This document shows positions 24,396-36,700 of a DNA stretch of 64,000 nt, piece after piece; position 1 is the first letter of the stretch, and each line of letters begins with the position of its first letter. A model generated the notes under the pieces. The model did no database searches and was not told the origin of the DNA. It was given only the letters and a program-made list of their open reading frames with translations. The translations under genes were made by a program, and so were the position numbers. Source of the DNA: Paraspadella gotoi (Eukaryota > Animalia > Chaetognatha); NCBI GenBank assembly GCA_051294375.1, contig CM119265.1, positions 16,791,304 through 16,855,303 on the forward strand, read 5' to 3'.

Positions 24396-25468
24396 GAGAC
24401 CGGCCGATGACGTAAATGAGCCCGTCGACGCGACGCAAACAAATGTTCGTGTCTAAGAGAGAGGCGGGACTAGAAATTGGCCGCGTGACCAGTGTTCACA
24501 AAATACATAGAGGCAAAATATGGTGCACACAGGTAAAGTCGAGCTATGACCATTGACCATGGACCAACTTTTTTAAATTTGTCATATTATATCAATATTA
24601 TTAAGATTTCTTCCATTTATTGCTTATAATGTATTTGAAGCGTAACGTTTTGACCGCGAAAATCTTTTTTTTCTCTGGTCAAACCGTCACTTCTTTCGCT
24701 TCGATATTCCTAAAAGCTTTATTATTATTAATACGTTTTTTATTAAAAACATATACGCGACTTTTCTCTCGTTGACGTGTTCGTTCATTCGCCTGCGACC
24801 CTTTGCCTTTGACCCTAAGTTGATTCCAGTTCTTTCCAAAAACTCAGTGACCAAAATCACAAAAACTGACGTTAATCCAATCGACACGTACGTTTCGTCG
24901 GTCGTTCGTCCGTCGTCGTCGTCGTCGTCGTTCGTTCGTCGCCTTTTCGTGACAATTCTCGTCAATCGTCGCATTTTTTTGTCATATCTCTCTTGACGTC
25001 ATCTAAATTTCTCCTACCGAACGGAAATTACCGATCGTATTGTAAATTGTCGTTCGGTGCAGACCTGAACATTGTTATGTACCAGAGAGGCATTTTTTTT
25101 TCCCCTTTATCTCGATCGGAAAAAACACGGAACAAAAGATCGTTTAAATGCGGGAGACGACGACGACCAAACGTTCGAGGAAACTTAGAAGGACCGAAGT
25201 CGATTCGAACATGAAGAGGCTTTTGTCGAAATTGAGTTACATTTCACGTGACCCCGGGCAAACGACAAGACGCACGGCGACGACTGTTGACAACGACGGC
25301 GGGCGCAAACGACGAAAGAGAACGATAATGGAATTAAACGAGTCAATCATGCTTTTAAAGTTGAATCACTTTCGCAAACAGAACTTATAAAAAAAAAAGG
25401 GGAAATAAAAAAGAGAACGGCATAAAACACACAGACAGACGCACAACCGCCGTCCCAGCTGTCTCCCA

Positions 25469-25469
25469 G

Positions 25470-25504
<35 letters not shown>

Positions 25505-25696
25505 TCTCTCTCTCTCCTCTCTCTCTACTCTCTCTCTCTCTCTCTCTCCTCTTCCTCTCTCTCTTCAACCACTCACTCTCTTTCGCTTTGAATATCCCAC
25601 TTTTAAATTCAACTTATTCCGCTCTCTCTCTCTCTTTTTCTCTTCTCTCCTCTTCTTCTCTTTCTACTCTCTCTCTCTCTCTCTCGTCTCTCTCTC

Positions 25697-25732
<36 letters not shown>

Positions 25733-25735
25733 CCC
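25469..25735. repeat. Two (CT)n tracts (also 46685-46900)
   Basis: Read directly from sequence. Confidence 0.9.
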
Positions 25736-28304
25736 TGGAGGCATAATCTTTCAGCTCGGACCTGCTCCCGCATTTAATGATCGCCATTAGAAGGAGAACC
25801 ACACAGCCAAACACTTACCCTTCGATTCCAGCTTCCCAATTCCGCCACTGCCGAGACGACGACGACGACGACCCACGCTAGATTTTGAAAGAGGGAGATT
25901 ATGCGCCGATGAAACAGGAAGAGATTTTTAGAGGATTAACCAGATTGGGCGAAATTGGGCGATGGCAAGAAAAAAAGGGAAGGTTTAATTTAAATAAAGG
26001 AGAAGGAATTTACGCAGAAAATCTAACAAATATAGATAGAGGCGCCAAAAATGAGTCATTTCATTGACTTCTAGTTCTAATTTTAATCACGCGAGAGAAC
26101 AATAATTAAATCAAAACATATATATTATAGGTGGAAAATAAAACCTTGGTCGTACACCGATGGCAATGTAATAAATAAATCTTACGATTTCTGGAAAAAT
26201 TTTTTTAAGAAAACTTGATATCCACGTCGGATTCGAATCCACTGACGCTTCAGTCACGGACGCTGGGGTTAAGTGGTCACCATTAGACTCACACAATTGC
26301 TACCGCTCACTCTAAATTATGTAAGTTCTTTATTCGCTCCTTCAAGATCCTCGGCATTGGATTACCAAATCTGGACCCAATTTTTTTCTTTCTCTTTTTC
26401 GGCTCCGAGTTTTAATCAGTAGCGACGGAGAGCGACCAAATGCCCTTTTGTTTTTGGTTCGCCACAAACAGAGAGAGAGAGGGAGTGAGAAAAATAGAGA
26501 GGGAACGTGAAAGCAATCACCATATGCGTATTCTAATTCTATTGCATTCGATTAAAGTAAAAAAAGTACTTCTCCTATTTTTAATCCAAAGCATTGGTGT
26601 GAACTTTCTGAAATGAAAGAGGCGAGAAGGAGTTTCCAATTGAATACTTCATATATAACAATCACAATGCTTTCTAAGCCAAATTTCCCCGGTAATTGTT
26701 TCTGGTAACTCGGGTTTTGACAGTTATATTTCGCTACAGAGAAAATTTCAAAATATAGCCAAGCACCATTTCAAAGACAGTACGATACATATGCCTATGA
26801 TAAAAAAACTTTACTTCTAAACAATCTATGGATTTTTAATTTCTTTTCGGTCGTTTTAATTTAAAGAACTATTTCGAGTCAATTTTGGTAAACTTCTTTT
26901 ACCTAAATCCTATTTAATATTTTTTTTTCGTCTTCCTCCGCTTCTTCTTCTTCTTCCTCCTCCTCTTCCTCGTCCTCTCCTCCTCCGCTAACACCTTTCT
27001 CCTTTTCTTCCCAATTTCCTCTTTTAGGAATTTAACTCTAGAATAAAATATTAGCGACGGGAAGGCATTTCTGATTTTGCAGTTGAATTGCATTACAAAG
27101 GATTCCAGCCCGAAATGGTTTCTCTCTTCTCTACTCTCTTCTCTCTCTCCTCTCTCTCTCTCTTCTCTTCTCTTCTCTCTCTTCTCCTCTCTACTTCTCT
27201 CTCTCCTCTCTCGCTCTCTCTCGCTCTTCGGAATGGCTCTAAGTATTACCTCCGCAAAATTGCTTATTAATTTTTGATATTTAGTGGTCGGAAATACAAA
27301 TAAAAAGGAATTACACGAGAAATCCCAATATTACAATCAAAGATAGCCATAATTTTAAGAAAGAGGAGAGTAATGGCGAAACTATTTATTGTTTTGCGTA
27401 AGGGAAAATGGGAGAGAAAGAAAGAGAGTGCGAGGGAGAGAGACACAGGAGAGAGAGAGAAGACGGAGAAGAGAGAGAGAGAGGAGAGAGAGAGAAGAGA
27501 GAGAGAGGAGAGAGAGAGCGAGAGAGAGACGGAGCAGACAAAAGAAAAACAGAGAACGCGCCTAAAAGAAATGAAGGACACGCCAATTGAGCGAATAAAA
27601 AACTAGTAAAGAAAACTTAAGTTGCTGTGAGAAAGATAGCCAATAACAAAAATAGGAGCCATGGAGAAGTAAATGAAAGAAAAAAGAATTTAGTTAACAG
27701 CAAAAGAAAATAAGAAAGAGAAAAGAAAAAAAATGAAAAAAAAATAAGAGGAACGGCCCTGAAACTTAATGGTCCAAGAAATGAGTGAAAAACGGATTTC
27801 GTTCCTCTTCCTTCTTTTGCTTTTTATTCACTAGAAGAAATCGTATTTTGCTAGTATATGCGCAAAAACATTTAGAAAGAAATAATGCTATAGAAGCTCT
27901 ATTTTAGTTAGATCTATTTTAGTAGTTCAATGGCAAAATAATATCAATACTTTAAATATAAATTTTTATAAATTGTTATCTGCCATAATTAAAAAAAGTT
28001 ATTGCCACAAATACAACGATAAAATCAAATCAAAAGATAGTCTTATTACGACACAAAAAATTTCCCCGAGTCCTTCTTTCCATTCCTCGTAGTGATTCGA
28101 CGACGCGGCTGCGAAGAAAACTTCTCCGATCTAGAATTTCCTTTTCTTTTTTATTGGAATTCGAATTTCCAAGCCATCTTAAAAAAAAAAAGAGAACTTT
28201 ATTTTCTATGCGTCTTAAAAAAAAAGAAGTACTTTATTTCTATGGCCTCATTCTTGAATCAAAAGTTTTCGTCTCGCTTTTGTTTTCTTTCAAGTACTAT
28301 ATTT

Positions 28305-28342
28305 TTTTTTCTTTCTTTCTTTTTTCTTTCTTTCTTTCTTTC

Positions 28343-28408
<66 letters not shown>

Positions 28409-28430
28409 TTCTATTCTTTCTTCTTTCTTT
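28305..28430. repeat. (CTTT)n microsatellite (cleaner copy at 49452-49555)
   Basis: Read directly from sequence. Confidence 0.95.
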
Positions 28431-31400
28431 AGGAAAAGCTTGATAAAAACTGTGAATAATTTTTGCACACCTCTTAAAATATATACAATTATTATTCTTA
28501 TTTTTTTATTGAAGACTTGTTTTATCCTTCGCTCTCTTTCTTCTCTTTCTTTCTCTTTTCTCGATTCACTCCTCTCGTCTCTCTCTCTCGCTCGCGGTTA
28601 AACTGTGTTAAATCGAGGAGTCACAGACACTCGGGAAATTTTTTCGTTGGAAAAGCAATAAAAACTCTGCGACAGATTGCCGGAATTTAAAAAAAGAAAA
28701 AAAAAAGAAAGAAAGAAAAACAAGAAAAAATGACAAGAAAAAAAATTTAAAGAAAAAAAAGCGAAAGGAAAATAGGAAGGAAAGAAAGCAAGAAAGAAAA
28801 ACAAGATTAAGAAAAAGAAAAAAAAAAAGGGCCGAAAAGAACAAAAATTAAGAAATAATAAAAAAGGAGAAAAACTTGTATCATAACAATTCAGTAAGTA
28901 GTGGCAGTAGCTTTTAGGGATTCGCTCCTTGGCAGACGCAAGACTTTCGTAGGCCTTTGTCCCTCGCGACGACGCGGCCGCTGCGTCGTTCGGTGCAAGC
29001 AGCAGAAAAGCAGCGGCGTCCTGCTGCTGCAAAATGGAGCGGAAAAGCTGGTAGTATCTCGAAGATTAGCGAATAGCTTTTAGCAATGCAGAAAGAGAGA
29101 ATAAAGTCTAACAGAGAATGACGAATGAAACTGAGGAGAGAGGAAGAGAGGGAAAGAGAGGAGAGAGAGAGAGAGGGAGAGAGAGAGAGATGAAAAATTT
29201 TAACCCTAACGAGGGCAACATAGTAAGCAAACGATCATGTTTCGAGAGAGATAGTTTTTTTCTGCTTTTGTCTAAGCGTATATCACCTTTTCCTCTTCCT
29301 CCTTCTTCTTCTCTCTTACTTCACCCTCGGCTCCTCCTCCTCCCCCTCCTCTCCTTCCCAATTTTCCCCCTTAATAGAAACATGTCACGGTGACAACATC
29401 TCTGTATTATGCAAATTCGGACTGCATCCGCGGTTCCATGATTTAATTCCAAAATGAAACTAAATCCTTCCCCCCCCTCTTTTTTTAAATCCATCCCCTC
29501 CTTTAATCCTCCCACTTCCCTTCTGTTACGCTTATATATATTTTTCTTCTCGCTTTTTTTTTTTTTTTTTTTTTTTTATATATTTTGGCAAAGTTGAAAG
29601 AGGGGAGTAGAGGAAGGGATGAAAGTTGGAGGGAAGGGCGAAGGTGAAGTGGAGGAAGGGAGGAAAGTGGAGGAAGGAGGAAGGAAAGGAAAGATGGAAT
29701 GAATGAATAACGAGGACAGGGTGAGGAAAGGGAAAGGACGAAAAAAAGAAGAAGAAGAGAAAAAGAAAAACTATACTTTAAGGAAATCTCGAATTTACCA
29801 ATTAACTTATTGTTAACTTTCATTAACATACCCTTAATTATTACTTATTATTAAACTATTATTTAACTAATTTTATTTATTTACAAATTACAAATTATTA
29901 CAAAACCTTAATAAATTTCTCTAAAATTAATAATGCTGTGATTGCCAGGGCTTGGTTCTGTTTTCAGATTAAACATTTCAAGATATACCTTTAAAATATA
30001 AGATAAGCAACAATGAAGAATCAACCATTTGGCTTGATGGCTCGCCTATACCTGGATATTGGGATTAAAGAGCCGAAATCCCATGAAGGGTATAGGTTCC
30101 CAATGATGACCTTCCCATTGGTATAAACATAAAAGATAAAATATTTCAAAAAAGAAATTAATTAAAAATAGGATAAAGAAAAAATAAAAATTTTCATTAA
30201 AGTATTTTAAATTATATTCATGACATAAAGGGCCCCTATAGACCTTTCCCCAGTATGTATCCCTATCGAACATACAATTCTGACATGGTAGTCTTATCCC
30301 TATTGTAAAAAAAATCATATATAACGTTGCGTCCCTTCCAAAAAATTATCCATTCCCACCCCTTTTCTGTTCAGCCTCTTAGATATTATGATTTTTTCAT
30401 TAATGACTTTCTAACAGAAATGAGTGTGATATTATTAGAAAAACTAGGACAGATAGTTTAATCTACCTTGTGTTATAATGCTCCTCTATTTCCAGAAGCA
30501 AACAACACTGACTTCCCCCTTCCCAAATTGTATTATTAGATAAATTAAAAACATTTTTAAAAAAGAATAGCAATATATGTTTTGAATAAATAATTATAGA
30601 TTAAATACTAAAATCCTTCATAAAAATATTAAAATATTTAAATAGAAAAATTGGAAAAACTAGTGAAAACAAGTAATTTTGGCATTTTCCATAAGATAAG
30701 TGTTCGAACGATCGCGCTTGTGAAATTCAAGGTAAAAATTTTATAAAATTTTTATTTTTTCATTGTTATTGTTGGTCAAAGCTCATTTTCTAACTTTTTT
30801 TCTTTCCAACTATTCCAAATTTTTCACATTTTTCACTCCGCGTTAGTTTTTCCAATTTTCCCTTTTTTTTCTTTTTCCTTTTCTTTCCTCCTTTTTCTTC
30901 CTCCTCTCGCAAGCCGCTCCTCTTTTTTACCCTCTCTTCCTCCAATTTTCGCGTAAAACGAAACCACGTCACGCACTAAAAAAATATAAAATCGCGAAGA
31001 GAAAAGAGGGAGAGAAGGAAAGAGGAAAGAGAGAGGAGTAAGAGAGATAGAAGAGATGAGAGAGGAGAGAGAGAGAGGGGATTAAACGAGAGAATTAAAA
31101 GAAGATCCCCTCTCCCCTTTAAATCAAAACCCGCGGAGGTTCCAACTCAAAGGGTGAGGCAAATTGAAGGGGAGGGGAGGGACTGGAATGGGGGTGGGGG
31201 AGACGAGAGGCGGGCAACGGGGTGGGGGTGGTAGTAGACGAAAGGGGAAAAGGTAGAAAGGGTGACAGATTGAAAATGTTCGCGATTAGCAGTTTTTGTT
31301 GTAGGATCTGCATCACACACTTGGATCGCTTGGTTGATCTGTCGCTGGTTTTCTAATTCTTTATCGTTTTGGTTATCGAAGATCGAATTCTTCTCGTTTC

Positions 31401-32023
31401 ATATTACTTCTGAAACCCGAATCATATTTCTATAACGTGAGTGAATTTACGACAATAAGTTTATTAGATAATTAAACAAAAAAAGAAAAAAAAATGAAGG
31501 TGGAAAAACATGTTTAAAATGATATATTAAAATTGAATTCTTCGCGGCGTTTGACATTCATTTTCAGATACCAAGACTTATTGCCCGTCACCATCGAAAA
31601 AATAAAATAATGATAATTGATAAAAGATAATTGACCGTTGAAAAAAATTAAACAAAAAGAAAAAAAAATAATGTTGGAAATATGTTTAAAATGATATTAT
31701 AAAATGAAATTTCTTGGCGGCGTTTGACATTTTTCAGTTCAGATACAATACTTTATTGCGTCCAACGTCAAAAAAAGCGCCCCCGTCGTGAATTTCAGTT
31801 GAAAGAATTCGTGATCATCGGAGCGGTGAGCGCGTGAGCGGTGAGCGGAGCGCGATACTCATCGTTCAAAACCGATTTCGGGTTCCATCTGCCGCTAAGA
31901 TTCTTTATCCGCTCGGAAAAAAAAATTGGGGAAACCTAATATTAAAAACTTTCCTTTTTTTCTTTCTTTTATTTATTTTTATTTCATCGGGCACATTATG
32001 AAGTGACAGCTCCTCTCTCTCTC

Positions 32024-32107
<84 letters not shown>

Positions 32108-32753
32108 TAAAATAAAAAACTTATGCACGTAGCGACGCGACATGAATAGAGCTTTTTATTCTCATTTTATTTTTTTTTTAATATCTTTTAACCTAAAAAT
32201 TTCTTTAATTTAAACTTTAGTCTTTGTTACTGATCAATCCAAAAATTCTTTTAATAAATTCTAGCCCCAAAAAAGGTTGCTTCTTGTAAAAGTTTTAATC
32301 TTTATACGTTTATAGTACAATTAAACTCTTAAGTTTAGTTTTACCTTTGAATTTAGAAAAAATTTTTGAATAATAATTTTTTACCATAATAAACAATAAT
32401 TCTCCTACTAATACGTATATTTTCAATAAATATGCTAATGTATTTTCAATAAAAAGATTAGTAAAAAGATTAACAAAAAAAGAAGTTTCTGCGAGAGTAA
32501 AAACTTTCCTTGGCCGTTCCTGGGAATTTAAAAAAAGGAATCAAAAGAAATGAACGAGAAAGAAATAAAGAATAAAAAAAGGGGAACAATGGCCGAGATG
32601 TGAAGTATAGCTTATGGCAAACAACAAAGGATTAACCCGAGGACAGTTGAATGGCCATCTCGGAATGAATCGAGGCCAATTAAAGCGGCTTTTGTCGAGA
32701 TGGGAAAAAGGTTTAAGTGCATTCGTTTTTTTTTTTTTATATTCTCTCTCTCT

Positions 32754-32834
<81 letters not shown>

Positions 32835-35244
32835 TCTCTCGCCATCGGAGCCACGAAGAAAATAGAGGAATGGAAAAATCTAAGAAGAATAATTAGTAAG
32901 AACCACCGGGTGGCTTCGGTGGAAACGTTTATAAAACGCAAGCGAAAACTTCGTTTATTTAAATTTAAAATTTAAAACGATTCAAACGATCTTTGATTTT
33001 GCTGATAACCATAAATATTAGTGATGGCATTAATAATTAAATCCAACGAATTCTTTCTTCAAAAGTCTCTAAAGACTCGTTCCTCAATATGACACTTACA
33101 ATTATTAAAATAAATAATTTATTTTAAAAAAAAACCTAATCCTACGCTGTTTCGCTACCGCCAGTCCTCTCTCTCAATACTCCGAAAGAAGAAAGGGAGA
33201 AATAAAGCGGGAATAAAACGGGAATAAATTAAAACGGGAGCCGAAGGCTTATATCGCCCTCCTTTAGGGGGGGGGGAGAAAGAAGAGGAATAAGGAATTT
33301 TATCAGAGCGGGGAAAAAACATAAGTGCCAATTCTTGTTTTCTAGTTTCTTCGGCAAATGTGCGCAAATAGAAGAAACACGGATTCGAATTGGCATTGAG
33401 GAGGAGGAGGAAGAGGAGGAGGAGGAGATGAGAAATAAAAACACCTCAAGAGGGAGAGAGAAAGCGGAACGACGGGGGGGGTGGGGGGGGGTGGTGGGGA
33501 GGCAGAGGGAGGGGCAGGAATGGGAATCCTGAAATAAGTGAAAATTCCGTCCTGCGGATCATAACTGGATCATAAACACGAAAGAAAGTCGCTCAATAAC
33601 AGTTTTCGCGTCTTGGGAAAAAAAAAAGAAGCGTGCATTGTGCTCGGCTCCGGTCGCGCGTGTCATACCGCGGTTTATAACTTGAGGGTTTTCGCCAGAT
33701 AACTTTCAGTGAGACGTTGATAACTTCAAGTGTTGACGTCGGAGGAGTTCGCATCACCGAACGAGTAACGCGGGGGGGCGGGGGGAGAAAAAAAGTGGGA
33801 AAAAGAAAAAAAAAGGAATTTGGAGCAAAAAAATGGTGAATCTTTTAAAGCTGTCGCGGCGAAACTGTGAAAGTAGCGAGGAGACGGGAAACGTGAAAGG
33901 AGACAAAGGGGAAAGTGAAAAAACAGTGAAGGAAGGGAAGTGAGAGAGAGAGAGAGAGAGAAGAGAGGAGAGAGAGAGAAGAGAGACGAGAAGAACTAGC
34001 AGAGAGAGAGGAGAGAGCCACCCTGTGTCTTTTCTCATTAACGATGCGGCACGATTCACAAGATTTCACGCCAGCGAAGATGGCCCGTTCACGTGAAAAC
34101 ACGACGAACAGTCGCCGAATCAGAGAGTGAAAGAGGAAACGGAAGTGGAAGGAGAGGAATTAGAGGTAAACAAGATGTATAGTGAGTGCGAAGGAGTTGT
34201 CAGACGGGAGTGGCGAATGCATAGCGCAATGAACTCTTTCGAGATGTGCTAATAAGATGAAAAAAGAACGGACTTGAAAACACCCCACTGCGATTAAAAT
34301 GAAAGTTTTACCTATTGCCCATATGACCAATTTAGCCATCTCGGGGCAACAAAAAAAAAATATGGCTCAGTGGCTCATCCTTGGAGTTCTCGCCCTAAAT
34401 CTTGGGGCGGACACGTTAGTAATTTTGGTACTAAAGTTTGCAAATGTTGGAAGTGCTAGTTGAGATCGGAACGGGCATCGGGATGCGGGTTTGCAGTTAG
34501 GGGAGCGTTGGGATGAAAAGGGAATAAAATGTGATGAGGATTTTGACGTGAAAAGAAGGGAAAGAAAGGGGAAGGGGGAAAGGGAAGGGAAGGCGAAGAA
34601 AGAGAAGGGAAGGGGGAAAAAGAGAAGGGAAAAGAGAAGGAAGGGGAAGAGAGAAGGGGGAAGGGATGGAAGGACTAAGGGTATGAATATAAATTATTCC
34701 GACAAAAATGGTCTTTCCAAGTTTTTGTCTCGCGGCCCTGAAGATGAAAGCCCAAATAATTCGTTGTCCCAAAAAAAGTTACTCTCGAGAAAATTAAAAC
34801 GAGAAACTTGTTGGTCGTTGCCCTTTATCAAGATAAAAAAAACTCCCTAATCGTCGCGGTTGGACACAGATATCGACTACGATCGACTAATTATACTAGA
34901 AGCAATGAGTCGCTGACAAAGAAAGCCATCTCCCGCCGCTGAGGTCGTCTCGATGGCCGATGGACCATTTCCTTTCTTTCTCGGTCGCGCGATCAAAGGT
35001 CTTTCGCGCCATCCAACGCCAAGCCATTTCTAATGAGCGCAAAATCTCAACGATTCGCATTTCCTTTGGCTGCGCAACCTCAACCGCTTTATACGCGCGA
35101 TTCACTTCATGCAATTTAAATTTCGTTCCGAAGTTTTTTTTTTTCCCCGATCTTCTCGTTCCGCGTCGGAGTTTCGTTTTACGACCGTGTTAACGAGCCA
35201 CTTTTATTTCTCTCTCTTCTCTTTCTTCTCTCTCTCTCTCTTCT

Positions 35245-35280
<36 letters not shown>

Positions 35281-35555
35281 TACTCTCTCTCTTCTCTCTC
35301 TCTCTTTCTTTTCCTTTTTAAAATTGTCCTGTCAAAAACGCGCAAAAAATCTGAATACTCATTCCACTTCCATTTTCTTCTTTTAATGAAACTTCATTGA
35401 ATTTATTTCGAGCCTTAGGTTAACACACAACTCACTCTCTCCCTTTCTCTCTTTCTTCCTCGATATCTTCTCATTACGCTCTTTACACGAGAGATGAGCT
35501 TAAATTAGCTCGGTCTTTTATTTATTCTCTCTCTCTCTCTCTCTCTTCCTCTCTC

Positions 35556-35590
<35 letters not shown>

Positions 35591-36700
35591 CACTCAAAGA
35601 ACATGGACTTTCTTCTGAAAATTTCCGCCAATTATAACAGAAATTCTGGGAAATAATTTTTTTTTTCTCTGTAATAACGAGAGATTGTTTTGCGAAAATC
35701 CTCGCTGCGGCTTTTGGGCCGCCCCTCCCACGCAAATGTAAAAGAGGAACAAAGATGAAGTTGGGAGATGCAGGGAAGATGCAATGGGAAGAAACGGGGG
35801 TCTGCGGTGAAAGGCGCAAAGTAGATATTAATATTTAATAAAGAAAATCCATTAGATTTGGCCGATGAATATTTCGAGGCCTTTCGTTTTCTGGAATTCG
35901 ATAAGAAGATTTTTTTTTCTTCGAAGGAATGCTCTTATGAAAAATTGGAAAATTTTCCCTACATTTTAAAGCTAACAAAGAGAAAAAAAAAGGGCATAAA
36001 CGATTACCAGAAACACGGGGGGAGGGAAACGAGGAAGAGAGAGCAGAGGAGATGAGATGAGAGAGAGAGAGAGAGAAGAGAGAGAGACGAGAGAGAGGGA
36101 ATTTTCTGAAAGCGATCGCCGGTGTTTGGGATTATTAAGAAAAGGAAACCATTTTTTCATATTAATGCGTAAAAGATGTTTAAAGTAGCCACAGACGCCG
36201 AGGAAGAAAAAAGGCGAGAGAAAGGGCTTTGGCTAAAAACGAAAATAATATCCGCAGATTTTTTATATTTTTTTTAGTGCCCGAAATACAAAAAAAAAAA
36301 TTTCACTATCCAATTTTTTCCACAATAAAATATCAAAAGTTTCCAAAACGGAAATAATTCGGGTCGGGCAGAGAACCAAAGATCGTTGTTTTAAAAACAC
36401 AAAATGTTACAATTTTGATTGTAAATTTTTTTATTTCATTTGTCTTTTTCTGCGAGAAGGAATTACGGGGAGAAAGACATCTCCGATTTGTATAAAGCGA
36501 ATCCTGACGTCAATCATTCTGTACGTGATTCTTTGTACTTTTTTACAGTCTCAACTTTTGAGAGAGGAGAGGAGAGAGAGACCGAGAGAGAGAAGAGAGA
36601 GAGAGAGAGGAGAGAGAGGAGAGAGAAGAGAGAGAGATAGTTTTCTTATTACAAACAATCACCGCAAAAATTTTCGGGAATAAAGAGATCAACCCGTTAA

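Larger units (their letters stand above)
19560..36700 (+). repeat. Copy 1 of ~17 kb direct duplication (gap-free, indel-rich)
   Basis: 19690 gtgtcaatcctcgacggcgcacgg matches 36722 ttgtcaatttcctcgacgggcgcacgg. Its end, 36685 gagatcaacccg, matches 57671 agatcaacccg. Starts right after the 25-N gap 19535-19559. Confidence 0.95.

Noticed and set aside
25810-25822. Strong splice-donor-like words (cacttacc here on minus; also 10474, 10601, and plus-strand gggtaagtg at 43169)
   Set aside because: They occur on both strands with no consistent acceptor or reading frame to build a gene model
29273-29297. taagcgtata, resembling the 5' end of miR-965 as I recall it
   Set aside because: Only ~10 nt match, and no complementary arm for a pre-miRNA hairpin
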